Shown one piece after another: positions 1 through 10,265 of a DNA stretch of 64,000 nucleotides. Origin of the DNA: a virus. Its lineage: Duplodnaviria; Caudoviricetes. The stretch is from IMG/VR virus record IMGVR_UViG_3300027752_000013, positions 2,850 through 66,849 of that record; one strand, written 5' to 3'. Made by a program: the position numbers and the translations under genes. The notes under the pieces are model-generated. The model did not search any database, was not told where the DNA came from, and saw only the letters and a program-made list of their open reading frames with translations. The first letter of the stretch is position 1, and every line of letters begins with the position of its first letter.

Positions 1-50
1 GGATAAAGAAATACTTTGCTCTTTTGAAAATATTCTAAATATACACCCAT
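1..50 (-). CDS. 5' fragment of a gene running off the left edge (MGVYLEYFQKSKVFLY...)
   Basis: ATG at 50-48 directly after the stop of the 52..1041 ORF; frame open to the window edge. Confidence 0.5.
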   Translation of the reverse strand, partial: MGVYLEYFQKSKVFLY

Positions 51-51
51 A

Positions 52-1041
52 CTATAATTTAACTTTTTCTATTAACAAATCATAAGGTAATGAATAGTTT
101 CTTTCACTGTAATGATAATCTGCAATCTTTAGAACGCCACCTAAGCCTTCAGCCCAATTGACCATTGACTTTTCTGATACATCATAAACATATACTTGAT
201 TATACTTATCAATGACTATAAACTTAAACGTTATTGTGTAATCATCTCTATCATCCCCAAGTGAGTCATATACCATTTTAGAGTATATAGCTGCTTGCAA
301 CCAATAGTTATAAAAGTCAACGCTTTCAGAAAAATTATCTACAGTTTTACCTGATGTTTTGAGGTCACATATTGTAACTGTCTTTGTCTCAGTGTCAATT
401 GTATAATAATCAACATAACCATGTAGACCAAAAGCAAACGTATCCAAATCAGATTTAAGATACTGTTCTGCATGCGTAGATATTGGATCTAGATCAAAAT
501 CAGTTGATTGATTTTTAAATAGAGACATAACTTCTTCATTTGATTTAATTACCTCAGCCTTAGCTGTACAATCTAATAAAGTATCTTGGTTAATAACATC
601 TACAGAACTGTTAGATAAAAATTCCCAGTATGGTTCATTATCTAATGTTCTAACTTTAGCTATTCTAGCCTCATCTGCTTTTAGAGATTGATATAAATTA
701 AACTCTATTAAAGAATCAAGTATTACTTTGTCATCTACATCAGCAAGCTTCACAGCATCTGTATATAGTGACATGTTTTTTAGTATCTTTCTAACACTGT
801 CTGATGGTGCTTTACCGGGTACTACGTTAAACTTTTCATTTAAGTTTTCAGGTTCAAATACTAAACAATGCACAAGTTTACCTTCTACTAAATGCTTGTC
901 AGTTCTGATCTCACGATCTTGTAAAATATAGTCCTTATAAAATAAGGATGGTGAAAATAATAATTTGTTAAGAGAAGAATAGCTAAATGCAAAATTTTTA
1001 TTTGCATAAAACTGCTCTTCCCTTTCCATGTTTCTAGTCAT
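52..1041 (-). CDS. PD-(D/E)XK exonuclease (RecB-family/exonuclease VIII-like)
   Basis: N-terminal SYSSL, G-x-LVH, HGYVD, ICDLKTS and YNYWLQAAIY motifs. Confidence 0.8.
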   Translation of the reverse strand: MTRNMEREEQFYANKNFAFSYSSLNKLLFSPSLFYKDYILQDREIRTDKHLVEGKLVHCLVFEPENLNEKFNVVPGKAPSDSVRKILKNMSLYTDAVKLADVDDKVILDSLIEFNLYQSLKADEARIAKVRTLDNEPYWEFLSNSSVDVINQDTLLDCTAKAEVIKSNEEVMSLFKNQSTDFDLDPISTHAEQYLKSDLDTFAFGLHGYVDYYTIDTETKTVTICDLKTSGKTVDNFSESVDFYNYWLQAAIYSKMVYDSLGDDRDDYTITFKFIVIDKYNQVYVYDVSEKSMVNWAEGLGGVLKIADYHYSERNYSLPYDLLIEKVKL

Positions 1042-2179
1042 CTGAAATAATTTTATTAGTTAATTCTTCATTAATATATAAAGATGCTAAGTCTACCTTA
1101 AATACATCTGCATTTGGGCCAACAGTATTACCTAAAAATGTTGTATGAAGCTTTTCTCTGGTACTATCCACAGCAAATTTAGTTAATTTTCTGTCTTTAG
1201 CCAAAGCATTTAGATAATTATTGAAAGAGAAAATGTTTTGAACATTGTGACCTCCTTCATATGACTTCATTCTTTTTCTAAAAGCTTTTACATTGACTGT
1301 GTTCCAGTTTGTAGTAGCTTTTAGCCAATCATAATGCCAATAGTAAATACCTGATACAACATCAAAAGACTTTTCAATATTACAATTAGCAAGCATTTCT
1401 AAAGCAAGAGACCTGTTGTCTATATCACTACTTTGAACCATCTTTTCTGTATCATTGTATTTATCATTACTAATTACAGCAAGATCTTCATCTATTATAG
1501 AACATATATCCGTATCTGCAATAAGATCAACGTTAGAGTTTACTATACTATCATATGCAGCATAGTTCTCTTTTGGTAATATCCAATCATGGCCATTGTC
1601 TTCTTTTTTATTAGCTTGGGCTATTTGTTCTATAAACTCATACATTTTTTGTGTAGCAGCATCATTGTTACCCCAGTCTTTATGATATTGAAAATTAACT
1701 CTATATGTAGTATCTGTTTGAGACATGAAATCTCTTAACTCAGCTAATGCAAAATCAGATAATAAGTCTGAATTTTTAAGTTCTGCCAAAATACCATACA
1801 TCTCTACATATGAAATAGATTTTCCCCATTCCCTATTAACTAGCTTATCAAAAAACTTCATAGAGACAATACCTATGTCAGCTTTATTTACATCTCTAAT
1901 AACTTTACAGTTAAATTTTTCTTTCAAAAGATCTACCTTTTGTCTAGGTAAATCCAATCTTGGATACCTATAGATTTTTTTATCTTGTAAGTTAACAGAA
2001 TTTACAAGGCCTGGTACGCCAAGCTTATGCATATCTTCTGCCCTAACTTCCCATGAATTACTACTATAGATATGCATGCCATCCATGAAGTTCCATTTAA
2101 ATGCATCTCCTGTTAGTCTTCCATTACTGTCTATATTAGCAGTTTTACAATTGATTTCTAATTTTACTCTTTTTTTCAT
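1034..2179 (-). CDS. Hypothetical protein with BRCT-like segment; paralog of 2176..3216
   Basis: KIYRYPRLDLPRQKV...KFNCKVIRDVNKADIGIV resembles a BRCT beta-alpha-beta pattern; shares a helical motif with neighbours. Confidence 0.55.
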   Translation of the reverse strand: MKKRVKLEINCKTANIDSNGRLTGDAFKWNFMDGMHIYSSNSWEVRAEDMHKLGVPGLVNSVNLQDKKIYRYPRLDLPRQKVDLLKEKFNCKVIRDVNKADIGIVSMKFFDKLVNREWGKSISYVEMYGILAELKNSDLLSDFALAELRDFMSQTDTTYRVNFQYHKDWGNNDAATQKMYEFIEQIAQANKKEDNGHDWILPKENYAAYDSIVNSNVDLIADTDICSIIDEDLAVISNDKYNDTEKMVQSSDIDNRSLALEMLANCNIEKSFDVVSGIYYWHYDWLKATTNWNTVNVKAFRKRMKSYEGGHNVQNIFSFNNYLNALAKDRKLTKFAVDSTREKLHTTFLGNTVGPNADVFKVDLASLYINEELTNKIISDD

Positions 2180-3216
2180 TTCTTTAAATATTTTTGATAT
2201 TCTTTTTTAACAGCTACTTTAAATGTATAAAGATCTCTGTTGTGAATGCTTATCTCTCTTCTTACTATAGGCTCAAGATATCTAAATGATACTGTATCAA
2301 GTTTATCTTCACTCTCTAACCATAGTATCATATCCTGTGCACTCTTTCTTTCAAATTTTAAAAAACCAGACGTGTCAAGCCAATACTTAAGATCTTTATC
2401 TCTATTATCTGCATATGTAATATTACTACAGTCTTGAGCAAATTGCCATAATAGATGATAATTCTTTGTATAGTCTATTGTAGGTACAATTTTAAGAGCT
2501 AAAGCTTTGTCATCAGCGTATGTAGCAAGCTGTACTTTAAGATCACTAAGAAGTTGTTCATCAAGAATCATCTTGGATGCAGAAGCATGAAGTACTGTCT
2601 CAGGATCAATAACACTTACATCTGTGGTATCAATTATATGAGCTAAATTAACAGCCATACCAGTTAACATCCACTCATCATAAAGACTATTTTCAATATC
2701 TAAATCATAATACCTTACACTTTCTGTAAGCTTAGGAGTTAATATAACTTCTAGGCCAGAGTTGTATATTGCTATTTCTCCAGAATATGTTGCAGAAGAT
2801 CTACCCTTTGTAGTTTCATAATTCCATATCTTGTTCATCATTACAGTAGAAGGAATATTCTCAGCGTTTTCTAAACGGTGAGTTGATATATCTTCATGTC
2901 CTATAATTAAATCTGCAAGTTCATAGTCATTTGTTACAGTTATACCATGCTCTTTAAGAGCAGCTTTTAATCTATCTTGAGACACATTACACTTAGGTAA
3001 TATAAAAGCTTTCTTTTTGGTTCTAAAAGTTTGGTCATCCTCTGTGGGTACCGTTAGTATAGTATTTATTTTCTCATAAGTTGTTTGATCTTGAGTACAT
3101 AATACTTTATTAACCTCCCCTGAACCAGAAAGGACACCATAAATAGTGTCCTGTTCTAGCCCAAAGTAAGTTAAAGCATCAGTATCAAAATCTTGATATA
3201 CTGATTTATTTGCCAT
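2176..3216 (-). CDS. Hypothetical protein with BRCT-like segment; paralog of 1034..2179
   Basis: KAFILPKCNVSQDRLK...HGITVTNDYELADLIIG; translationally coupled to neighbours. Confidence 0.55.
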   Translation of the reverse strand: MANKSVYQDFDTDALTYFGLEQDTIYGVLSGSGEVNKVLCTQDQTTYEKINTILTVPTEDDQTFRTKKKAFILPKCNVSQDRLKAALKEHGITVTNDYELADLIIGHEDISTHRLENAENIPSTVMMNKIWNYETTKGRSSATYSGEIAIYNSGLEVILTPKLTESVRYYDLDIENSLYDEWMLTGMAVNLAHIIDTTDVSVIDPETVLHASASKMILDEQLLSDLKVQLATYADDKALALKIVPTIDYTKNYHLLWQFAQDCSNITYADNRDKDLKYWLDTSGFLKFERKSAQDMILWLESEDKLDTVSFRYLEPIVRREISIHNRDLYTFKVAVKKEYQKYLKK

Positions 3217-3217
3217 T

Positions 3218-4486
3218 TTATTTCATTGTCATTTGGACAATCTCAGGGATCATCATCAATTTGTTAAACTTCTTTTTGTTACCATTAAATATTGTACGTA
3301 CAACCAAGTACTTAAGATCATTAGTAAAATAATCTAGAGTACATAAAGCCTTAAGTCTATCTGTAACTTTCTGACTAACTGCATTATCTTTAGAAAATAC
3401 AACAGCATAGTTACCAAGTCTTGTTGCTAATGTTGCAGCAATATCAGCACGGTAAGTATCATCTTTACCAATACAACTTCTAAGCTCACCTAAGATGTAT
3501 GATTCATTATCATGAGTCAGCAAATCTTTTGGTGTTACTAGCTTATCTAGTTTGTTATTAATAAATGTAGTAAACATAGACGCAAAATCATCTCCAACAG
3601 AACCTTCACCAATCATTTGGATTAGTGATAAGTTATCTTCAAACTTCTCAAAACTAGAGATAGAGTTAAAGAATGTTGTAATTGATCTTGCATTAGTTTC
3701 TTGTGTTACTAATTCTGGGTGAAGTAAGAGGAAGTTAATACATCTACTATCAATTCCTGCACCCTCTGCCCACTGGGCCCATACGTTAACATCAAACTTA
3801 AGATTAGCAGTTACATATCTAGTCTTCTGTGCACTATCAACACTGTTAACCATATAGTCACCGTTATCTGGATTTGCTGTTAAAATTATATGCCAATCCT
3901 TTGGTAAGGTCCATGAAATATATGTTTGTCTATCAATCAATTCCATCACAGCTTGAATAAATCTTGTGTCAGCTCTATTCCAGTCATCTAATAATAAGAT
4001 ACCACCTTCTTTAGCATCAGCAATCCATTCAGGTGCACAATAAGACATTCTGTTCTTACCGGTCATCTTAAATCCTTGCTTAAGATATTCTTGTACTGCA
4101 AGTTCATCAACCCATTGACCAACTTTCTTTGTTACTGGTGCCATTTTAGCTAAATCAGAAGATGCAGCCGCTCTTTGAGCAGCAGTATAACTGATATCAT
4201 CTAATTTCTTTGCCGGTATAATTTTTTCCTTATACATCTGAAATTGACGTACTGGGAAACCAACTAAGTCACCTAACTCTTCTATCTGAGCTAAGTTAAG
4301 CTTGACAAACTTTAGGTTATTGTCTTGTGCAAGCTCTACTATGGTAGAAGTCTTACCAATACCTGATTCACCTACAACTTCTACTGATACAGGACTTTTA
4401 CCACCCTCTTGTAGAAATCTATTGTTTGTTATTATGTGATTTACAAATCCTTTTAACTCTGTTACATTTAAATTTACTTGTGCCAT
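3218..4486 (-). CDS. MoxR-type AAA+ ATPase
   Basis: Walker A GESGIGKT, Walker B ILLLDDWNRA, GDLVGFP, sensor TANP; adjacent to a vWA gene. Confidence 0.85.
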   Translation of the reverse strand: MAQVNLNVTELKGFVNHIITNNRFLQEGGKSPVSVEVVGESGIGKTSTIVELAQDNNLKFVKLNLAQIEELGDLVGFPVRQFQMYKEKIIPAKKLDDISYTAAQRAAASSDLAKMAPVTKKVGQWVDELAVQEYLKQGFKMTGKNRMSYCAPEWIADAKEGGILLLDDWNRADTRFIQAVMELIDRQTYISWTLPKDWHIILTANPDNGDYMVNSVDSAQKTRYVTANLKFDVNVWAQWAEGAGIDSRCINFLLLHPELVTQETNARSITTFFNSISSFEKFEDNLSLIQMIGEGSVGDDFASMFTTFINNKLDKLVTPKDLLTHDNESYILGELRSCIGKDDTYRADIAATLATRLGNYAVVFSKDNAVSQKVTDRLKALCTLDYFTNDLKYLVVRTIFNGNKKKFNKLMMIPEIVQMTMK

Positions 4487-4492
4487 TTTCTA

Positions 4493-5656
4493 TTAATTTA
4501 ATTTTATTACTTGTCCTGGTAACTCATTATTCATATCAGAAATACTGCTTAATACCCATAAGGTATTCTTAGGACAGTTTTCTGGAGAATATGCTTCACC
4601 ATCTGTTAGATATACTAGAGCTGTATAAACTCCTTTCTTTTCATTAAAATGGTCAATTACTGGTTGAAAACTAGTTCCACCACGACCGTGTATTTCCCAA
4701 TCTTTTCTAGGTTTAAATTCTTGTACGCTTACAAGTTGTGTATCACATTGCGCTACTGTAATTTTATGACCTGTCTTATGCATATGTGTAAGCTCACTAA
4801 AAAATTCTTTTAGCTCTTCATTATTTACAGATCCACTTGTGTCAACACCAACTAGTATGTGATTCTTGAATTTAATCTTAAGTCCTGGATTAGCTGCATA
4901 ACGCTTATTGTATTTACGTCTCAGCTTTTTAGTATACACTATACTAGAGTTACCTACAAATCTTCTTAAATAACCTTTCCAATCAAATTTAGCTGGTTCA
5001 ATATGCATTAATCTATGAATCAAATCAGAAAGCTCACCAGGTATGGTACCTTGTTTCTTTTCTGTTTGTTCAGCTGATTCTTTTAATTGATGCTCAATTT
5101 GCTTTTGCAATAGTTTTTTATCAGCTTCAGGTAACTCATCAAACTCTTCCCATGTACTATGACAATGTGGGCTATTACCATCCATATTGTCCATCAAACT
5201 ATCTAATGATGGGCAAGACCCATCTTCTTGTGCTTGTTCTAAAAGCTCATAGTACTTTTTAGTACCTGCTCTACTTGGAAGATTTAGTTCAGGAAAACTT
5301 GATAATAATAAACCACCTGTAGGTAGTTTACTTTCCAGTATGTACTGGTTGATCTCTAAATCAGCTGCTATATTAAATAGCTTGTGATCAGAATATAGAT
5401 CTCTTAATAATAAATGGCCAAATGCAATATGCAATAGCTCATGTTTTATTAATCCAAATCTGTGATCTTCACTTAGTTCATTAAAGAACTGTGGGTTTAT
5501 TGTCAATTGCATACCAATACCTTTTTTACTTACTCCTGCAGTAGGAATACGTTCACTGTATTCTTTATTGATACCAATTAAAAAGAGCCCGTAAAAGGGC
5601 TCTGTAAATATTAAACTTTTGGTTGATCTAGCAACCTGGTCTTGTATATTTATCAT
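4493..5656 (-). CDS. Metallopeptidase-like (HExxH) + vWA domain protein (DUF2201-type), MoxR partner
   Basis: KHELLHIAFGH, NIAADLEIN, MIDAS VDTSGS, GRGGTSF, LTDGE. Confidence 0.85.
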   Translation of the reverse strand: MINIQDQVARSTKSLIFTEPFYGLFLIGINKEYSERIPTAGVSKKGIGMQLTINPQFFNELSEDHRFGLIKHELLHIAFGHLLLRDLYSDHKLFNIAADLEINQYILESKLPTGGLLLSSFPELNLPSRAGTKKYYELLEQAQEDGSCPSLDSLMDNMDGNSPHCHSTWEEFDELPEADKKLLQKQIEHQLKESAEQTEKKQGTIPGELSDLIHRLMHIEPAKFDWKGYLRRFVGNSSIVYTKKLRRKYNKRYAANPGLKIKFKNHILVGVDTSGSVNNEELKEFFSELTHMHKTGHKITVAQCDTQLVSVQEFKPRKDWEIHGRGGTSFQPVIDHFNEKKGVYTALVYLTDGEAYSPENCPKNTLWVLSSISDMNNELPGQVIKLN

Positions 5657-5955
5657 GTTTTCATAATTTGATCTAATATTTGTTTATAAATAGAATCCAT
5701 TTTAAAGATGTCTATATAGTAGTATAAAGCTTGTTTACCAACAATTGGTTTATCAATAAATTGAACCGCATCAGCAAACTTCTTTCTATGCTTAAATACT
5801 AATGCTTTATGCATCAATAAATCTGCAGTGTCATCTTTATAGTTATTTTTATAAATTTCCCATGCTAGTTCCTGGTCATCAGGAAGGCCTTGAAACATTT
5901 CTTTTAACTTAAAGAATTCTTCTAATGTAATTACTTTGTGACTAACCTGATCCAT
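5653..5955 (-). CDS. Small helical hypothetical protein sharing a motif with 1034..2179 and 2176..3216
   Basis: ITLEEFFKLKEMFQGLPDDQELAWEI; coupled to the vWA gene. Confidence 0.6.
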   Translation of the reverse strand: MDQVSHKVITLEEFFKLKEMFQGLPDDQELAWEIYKNNYKDDTADLLMHKALVFKHRKKFADAVQFIDKPIVGKQALYYYIDIFKMDSIYKQILDQIMKT

Positions 5956-6317
5956 ACACCTGGGTTTTCTTTATCATATGTGTACTGCTCAAATGCAGGA
6001 ATTATAAATTCAGCATTGTCATCTTCAATCCAACCATATTTAACCATATCATCCTGAACTGTTTGTGCAGGATTTAAGTAGTCAAATTTATGGCGGCTGC
6101 CTCTAACAAATTCAAAGGATATTTTTACTGGGAGTTCATGGTTTTCTAATTCTTTTTTAAACTCTTTAGTATATTCAGCATAAATATCTTTTGTTGCTTT
6201 TCTGTAAGTCATTACAGCTTTGCTTGCTATAAAGTATTTACCTGTCCAACGTCTACCATTCTTACTAGAAGGAACATTTCCGGGTATCCACCATTGTTTA
6301 ATTAAGTTTTCATTCAT
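5931..6317 (-). CDS. RusA-like Holliday junction resolvase
   Basis: IPGNVPSSKN, D-x-x-N (FDYLN), QDDM, GWIEDDN acidic motifs. Confidence 0.7.
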   Translation of the reverse strand: MNENLIKQWWIPGNVPSSKNGRRWTGKYFIASKAVMTYRKATKDIYAEYTKEFKKELENHELPVKISFEFVRGSRHKFDYLNPAQTVQDDMVKYGWIEDDNAEFIIPAFEQYTYDKENPGVWIRLVTK

Positions 6318-7296
6318 TTTCTTTATTTAAGGTTTCTTTTAATAAAGGTTTTAGCATTTGATGTACTTTATCAAAACCATGTGATTTCATGGCATCTGAT
6401 ACGTCTTTGCATATAGTTGGTACAAATCCATAAATATTATATGTTTTTGCATACATATCTACAGCATGTTTACCTGCTTCATCATTATCAAAAAGAGTTA
6501 TTATTTTTTTGTACTTCTTCTTTAGGTGCTCTATTATATGAGGTTTAATCATAGTGTTCTCTGAGTCAGGACTAATAACTTCTATGTTATAACCCATGCT
6601 CTTCAAGCACATAGCATCCTTAAGTGAGGAACAAATAACTAAATAAGGCTGATCAAATTTAAGTTGATCTTTACCTTGCAAATATGACTTGGCTTTATAA
6701 AATTTGTACTTCTTACTAAAAGGTTGGTACATCTTATAAACTTCATCATTTTTATCAAAGTATCCATAACACCACTTACTACCAATAGTAAGTTTGTTTA
6801 ATTCTTCTGACCCTTCTTTAATTAAATTATAATAATCAATAGGCTTAACGTTATACTCATCCAGCATTGTTTTACCAATTCTAAATGATAACCAAAACTT
6901 TCTATCTTCTGTGGTCCAACCTCTTTCTTTTATGAAATCAATTTTCCACTTAGACTGTGCTTTAAACTTTGGTTGTACATATTCTGATGACCTAACATAT
7001 TTATTATAGTCACTTACCATCCTTGTCATGGCTCCGTGGTATTCAAGATTAAATACAAGTTTAATTAGATCTACTTTATTACCACTTTTTCCTGTTGAAA
7101 AGTCTTTGAACTTATACTGCATAATAGATTTATCTACATATATGCAAAAGCTAGGTGTTCTTTCATTAGGATTAAATATAGATTTAATCTTAATATCTTG
7201 ACCAGTAAGCTGTTCAGGAAGATCTAAGTAATATTGAAATACCCAAGTGCTTGGTACATCTTGTCCTTCTCCTACAATGTTTTTAGTGTTAAACAT
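6310..7296 (-). CDS. DNA primase (DnaG-like TOPRIM)
   Basis: ERTPSF, FKDFSTG, SSLKDAM, LFDNDEAG, KDVSD; start moved to ATG 7296 because a terminator occupies 7312-7345. Confidence 0.8.
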   Translation of the reverse strand: MFNTKNIVGEGQDVPSTWVFQYYLDLPEQLTGQDIKIKSIFNPNERTPSFCIYVDKSIMQYKFKDFSTGKSGNKVDLIKLVFNLEYHGAMTRMVSDYNKYVRSSEYVQPKFKAQSKWKIDFIKERGWTTEDRKFWLSFRIGKTMLDEYNVKPIDYYNLIKEGSEELNKLTIGSKWCYGYFDKNDEVYKMYQPFSKKYKFYKAKSYLQGKDQLKFDQPYLVICSSLKDAMCLKSMGYNIEVISPDSENTMIKPHIIEHLKKKYKKIITLFDNDEAGKHAVDMYAKTYNIYGFVPTICKDVSDAMKSHGFDKVHQMLKPLLKETLNKENE

Positions 7297-7311
7297 AAAA
7301 TCAAAGATATT

Positions 7312-7345
7312 AAAAAGAAATGGGCCCAGCAATATACTGAGCCCA
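7312..7345 (-). terminator. Intrinsic terminator after the SSB-like gene
   Basis: Minus strand TGGGCTCAG-loop-CTGGGCCCA followed by TTTCTTTTT. Confidence 0.7.
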
Positions 7346-7364
7346 CTCTTTCTAATTGGAGATA

Positions 7365-8039
7365 TTAAAGTTCAAAGTCAGATCCTGCAGTAGGAGCTGG
7401 CTCAAAGTTATTAGCAGGTGCAGATTCTTTCTTTACCATAGCACGGAAATGATTAGTATCATTCTTGTCAAATGTGATAAGATTAGAATTTTCAGCATCT
7501 ACTTCTTCTAGAGGTACACCCATTCTATTTCTTTTAGGTAAGAACAAATCATTATTTACATAACCTTCTTTGTTTTCCCATTCACGTGCACCCAAGCATG
7601 CATTTACATAACCTGTTTGAGAACAAATCTTTGCAGCTTTAATCATAAAGTCTTCAATAGTATTTGCTTCAATAGCATCAAGTTCATCTCTTTTACCTAC
7701 AACTTCAGATAAGAAAACCATAGCTTTTAATACTTCAGTATCACGGCTAATTTCATTACCATTTGCTAATGTAGCATCTTTAAATGGATACGGTGAGAAT
7801 CTAACTCTACCTACCTGACCCGCATAACGTGGTCCATTTGGCTCATTAACATCCTTTAAGAATCCATTAAATTCACCTACAATAGGCTCACTTTCTACAT
7901 GCAATGTAATATTGTATGCATCCATATCATATGGTGTTTGATCAAATGTAATTGAGTTGATCAATACTTTTTGATTTCCTGTTCCAATAACTGGTTTTGT
8001 TCCACCTGATCCGGCAGACATGTCTTTAGTACTTAACAT
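7365..8039 (-). CDS. Putative single-stranded DNA-binding protein
   Basis: Lies between Sak4-like ATPase and primase; beta-rich, flexible tail ending GSDFEL. Confidence 0.55.
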   Translation of the reverse strand: MLSTKDMSAGSGGTKPVIGTGNQKVLINSITFDQTPYDMDAYNITLHVESEPIVGEFNGFLKDVNEPNGPRYAGQVGRVRFSPYPFKDATLANGNEISRDTEVLKAMVFLSEVVGKRDELDAIEANTIEDFMIKAAKICSQTGYVNACLGAREWENKEGYVNNDLFLPKRNRMGVPLEEVDAENSNLITFDKNDTNHFRAMVKKESAPANNFEPAPTAGSDFEL

Positions 8040-8062
8040 AATTTTTGATTTTAATTATTAAT

Positions 8063-8746
8063 TTATTTGTTGTATTCTTCAATACAACTGGTTACAAATT
8101 GTAGGTCATTGGCAATAAACTTATCATCAAACATACCCATTGGTGATTTACATGTGTTCTCTCCGTTGTTTTGGGTCTCAAAACCATAGATAAGTTCACC
8201 ATCATCATTTTTATTTACTTTTCCAAATAAAACAATAGAGAATAGGCCTTCCAAAGTTAAAGTGTTGTCAATCATTTTACCAACAGTTTTAGCTTTAATT
8301 TTTCTATTTCCATTTATATCAGTTGAATCTTCTGAGTGAGTTAAGAAAATAATAGTCAAGTCTTCTCTTAGATCTTTAGGCAACTTAGCAACCTGTGCTA
8401 GGTTAGCTGCAATCTGAGTAAACTTTTCATATCCTTTTTCATTAGCTCTATCAAAGTATTCAAAAGAACTCATATATTGCCAGTCATCAACTACAATAGT
8501 TTTGATGTGGCCCATTTTGTCATTTACATGACGCATTGCCTTAATAATACCTGGTGCTGTAGCAGCTGAGGTAAGATTACCTTTAGGATTGTCTTTGGTT
8601 ATCTGAGTATACTTACTCTTCCAACCCTTAAAAGGTAGAGGTTTATTTGCTATATTTATAATGAAAGTCTCTTTGGGGTCTAATGTTCTGATTGAGGTAG
8701 ACTTTCCTGTTCCTGAATCAGCAATTACTAATACGCTGTTTGCCAT
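8063..8746 (-). CDS. AAA_24/Sak4-like P-loop ATPase (recombination/annealing)
   Basis: ADSGTGKS, IVVDD, FLTH, EGLFSIV, CKSPMGMF. Confidence 0.75.
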   Translation of the reverse strand: MANSVLVIADSGTGKSTSIRTLDPKETFIINIANKPLPFKGWKSKYTQITKDNPKGNLTSAATAPGIIKAMRHVNDKMGHIKTIVVDDWQYMSSFEYFDRANEKGYEKFTQIAANLAQVAKLPKDLREDLTIIFLTHSEDSTDINGNRKIKAKTVGKMIDNTLTLEGLFSIVLFGKVNKNDDGELIYGFETQNNGENTCKSPMGMFDDKFIANDLQFVTSCIEEYNK

Positions 8747-8748
8747 GT

Positions 8749-9312
8749 TTACTTGATTAATTTATTGATTACTTTAGTTAATGTTATTAATGTTTGATTG
8801 ATATCTTCAAGTTTATCAACTAGATCTGTACTTGTACCTGCATCAGGATTAGGTAGATCAAATAATGTTTTACCTATATCTGCTACAAATTTAGGCTCTT
8901 CTATTACAGAACCATTTCTAGAAGTTATATCATTGATAACTTTTAATTCACTTACAGGTATGAGATGTCTTTGAAATCCTGAGCTAGATGTAACTAATTC
9001 ATATTCTGATTTCCAGTGTGGATTTGATCTGTGCAAATATAATGTTCTTTTTGGATCTTCAGAATCATAATCAATACTTACAAACTCAGTATAGATATCT
9101 TTATCTTTCTCTAGTTCACTAGGAAAGAATGATACATGCAATTCATCTTTACCTTTAGGCCTATAGGCCATCTTTGGTATATACAGTGCATTCAGATTAC
9201 CACTTGTTTGGAAATAATCTTCATGCTCTTCTTTTAATTTATTTACTTTTTGTTTACGTTCTTCAGGAGTTAGTCCCATAATTTCTGTATTTAGTTTTTT
9301 AGTGCTTATCAT
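8749..9312 (-). CDS. Hypothetical replication-module protein
   Basis: 187-aa ORF coupled between DnaB and the Sak4-like gene. Confidence 0.6.
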   Translation of the reverse strand: MISTKKLNTEIMGLTPEERKQKVNKLKEEHEDYFQTSGNLNALYIPKMAYRPKGKDELHVSFFPSELEKDKDIYTEFVSIDYDSEDPKRTLYLHRSNPHWKSEYELVTSSSGFQRHLIPVSELKVINDITSRNGSVIEEPKFVADIGKTLFDLPNPDAGTSTDLVDKLEDINQTLITLTKVINKLIK

Positions 9313-10265
9313 CTGCGTTCTTGTTGTCCAGGAGTGGCCATTTCTGCAATCTGCATCTTTTCAAATTCTGCTTTGAAAAAACTCATTCTTGCATCACCAT
9401 TTCTAGCTTTTAAGAAATGTAATACCAACGTCCTATCATTTTCTATAATGTATCTATCAGGTCCATAGAACCTAATTTTCTGTTTAGCTGGCCGGTTAAT
9501 ACCAATCAACATATCAGCGTGCTGTAACATTGCATCTGAACCAAATATATCTGACTCAAGTATATAGTTACCGTACTTACCATCTATAGCTCTCTCTGGA
9601 TTATCAATATTTCTATTGAGTTGAGATAGTGCAATAAACAAACAAGGATAATCACGTTTACATTGTGTAAAAAATTCACCTAACTCAAATAACATATCTA
9701 ATGTATTATTTTGATAAGGTGCTCTTTTAACAAGCATAGTGTGATCCAATGTTATTATAGTTTTTTTACCTTGATGTTTTGTCATGTACTGATCTACTTG
9801 TTCACGCATCTGATTAACAGTCAAAGGTGTTGATATAATATCTACTGGATACTTTACTCTTTCTTTTGCATATTGATGACAGCTGTTTAATGTTTCTGTA
9901 CTTAAAACAGAACCTGCACTACATAATTCTTTATAAGTCTTACCTGTTATAGAACTAAACTCTCTAATGGCTGATGTTCTACCAACCATCTCAAATTGAA
10001 ATTCTAATACTCTGAAATCATCATTAGGATTAAGCATAAAAGACTCACGTATAATCTGATCTTTAATCAGAGTTTTACCTGAGCCAGGTCTTCCACCAAT
10101 AACAGTCAGGGTATTCCATTCTAGTCCATCAGTAGCTGCATCATTAAACTTAGGCCAGGGAGTGTAAATTGATTTCTCATCTCCTGTTGACCTAGCGTAC
10201 ATATATTTTAGTGCATCATTGAAGGCTGTGTATTGGCCCACCCATGCTGGTGTTGGTTTACTCAT
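9309..10265 (-). CDS. dnaB: DnaB-like replicative helicase (SF4), C-terminal ATPase domain only
   Basis: GGRPGSGKT, FEM, LDH, SQLNR, GSD..ADM, KARNG. Confidence 0.9.
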   Translation of the reverse strand: MSKPTPAWVGQYTAFNDALKYMYARSTGDEKSIYTPWPKFNDAATDGLEWNTLTVIGGRPGSGKTLIKDQIIRESFMLNPNDDFRVLEFQFEMVGRTSAIREFSSITGKTYKELCSAGSVLSTETLNSCHQYAKERVKYPVDIISTPLTVNQMREQVDQYMTKHQGKKTIITLDHTMLVKRAPYQNNTLDMLFELGEFFTQCKRDYPCLFIALSQLNRNIDNPERAIDGKYGNYILESDIFGSDAMLQHADMLIGINRPAKQKIRFYGPDRYIIENDRTLVLHFLKARNGDARMSFFKAEFEKMQIAEMATPGQQERR

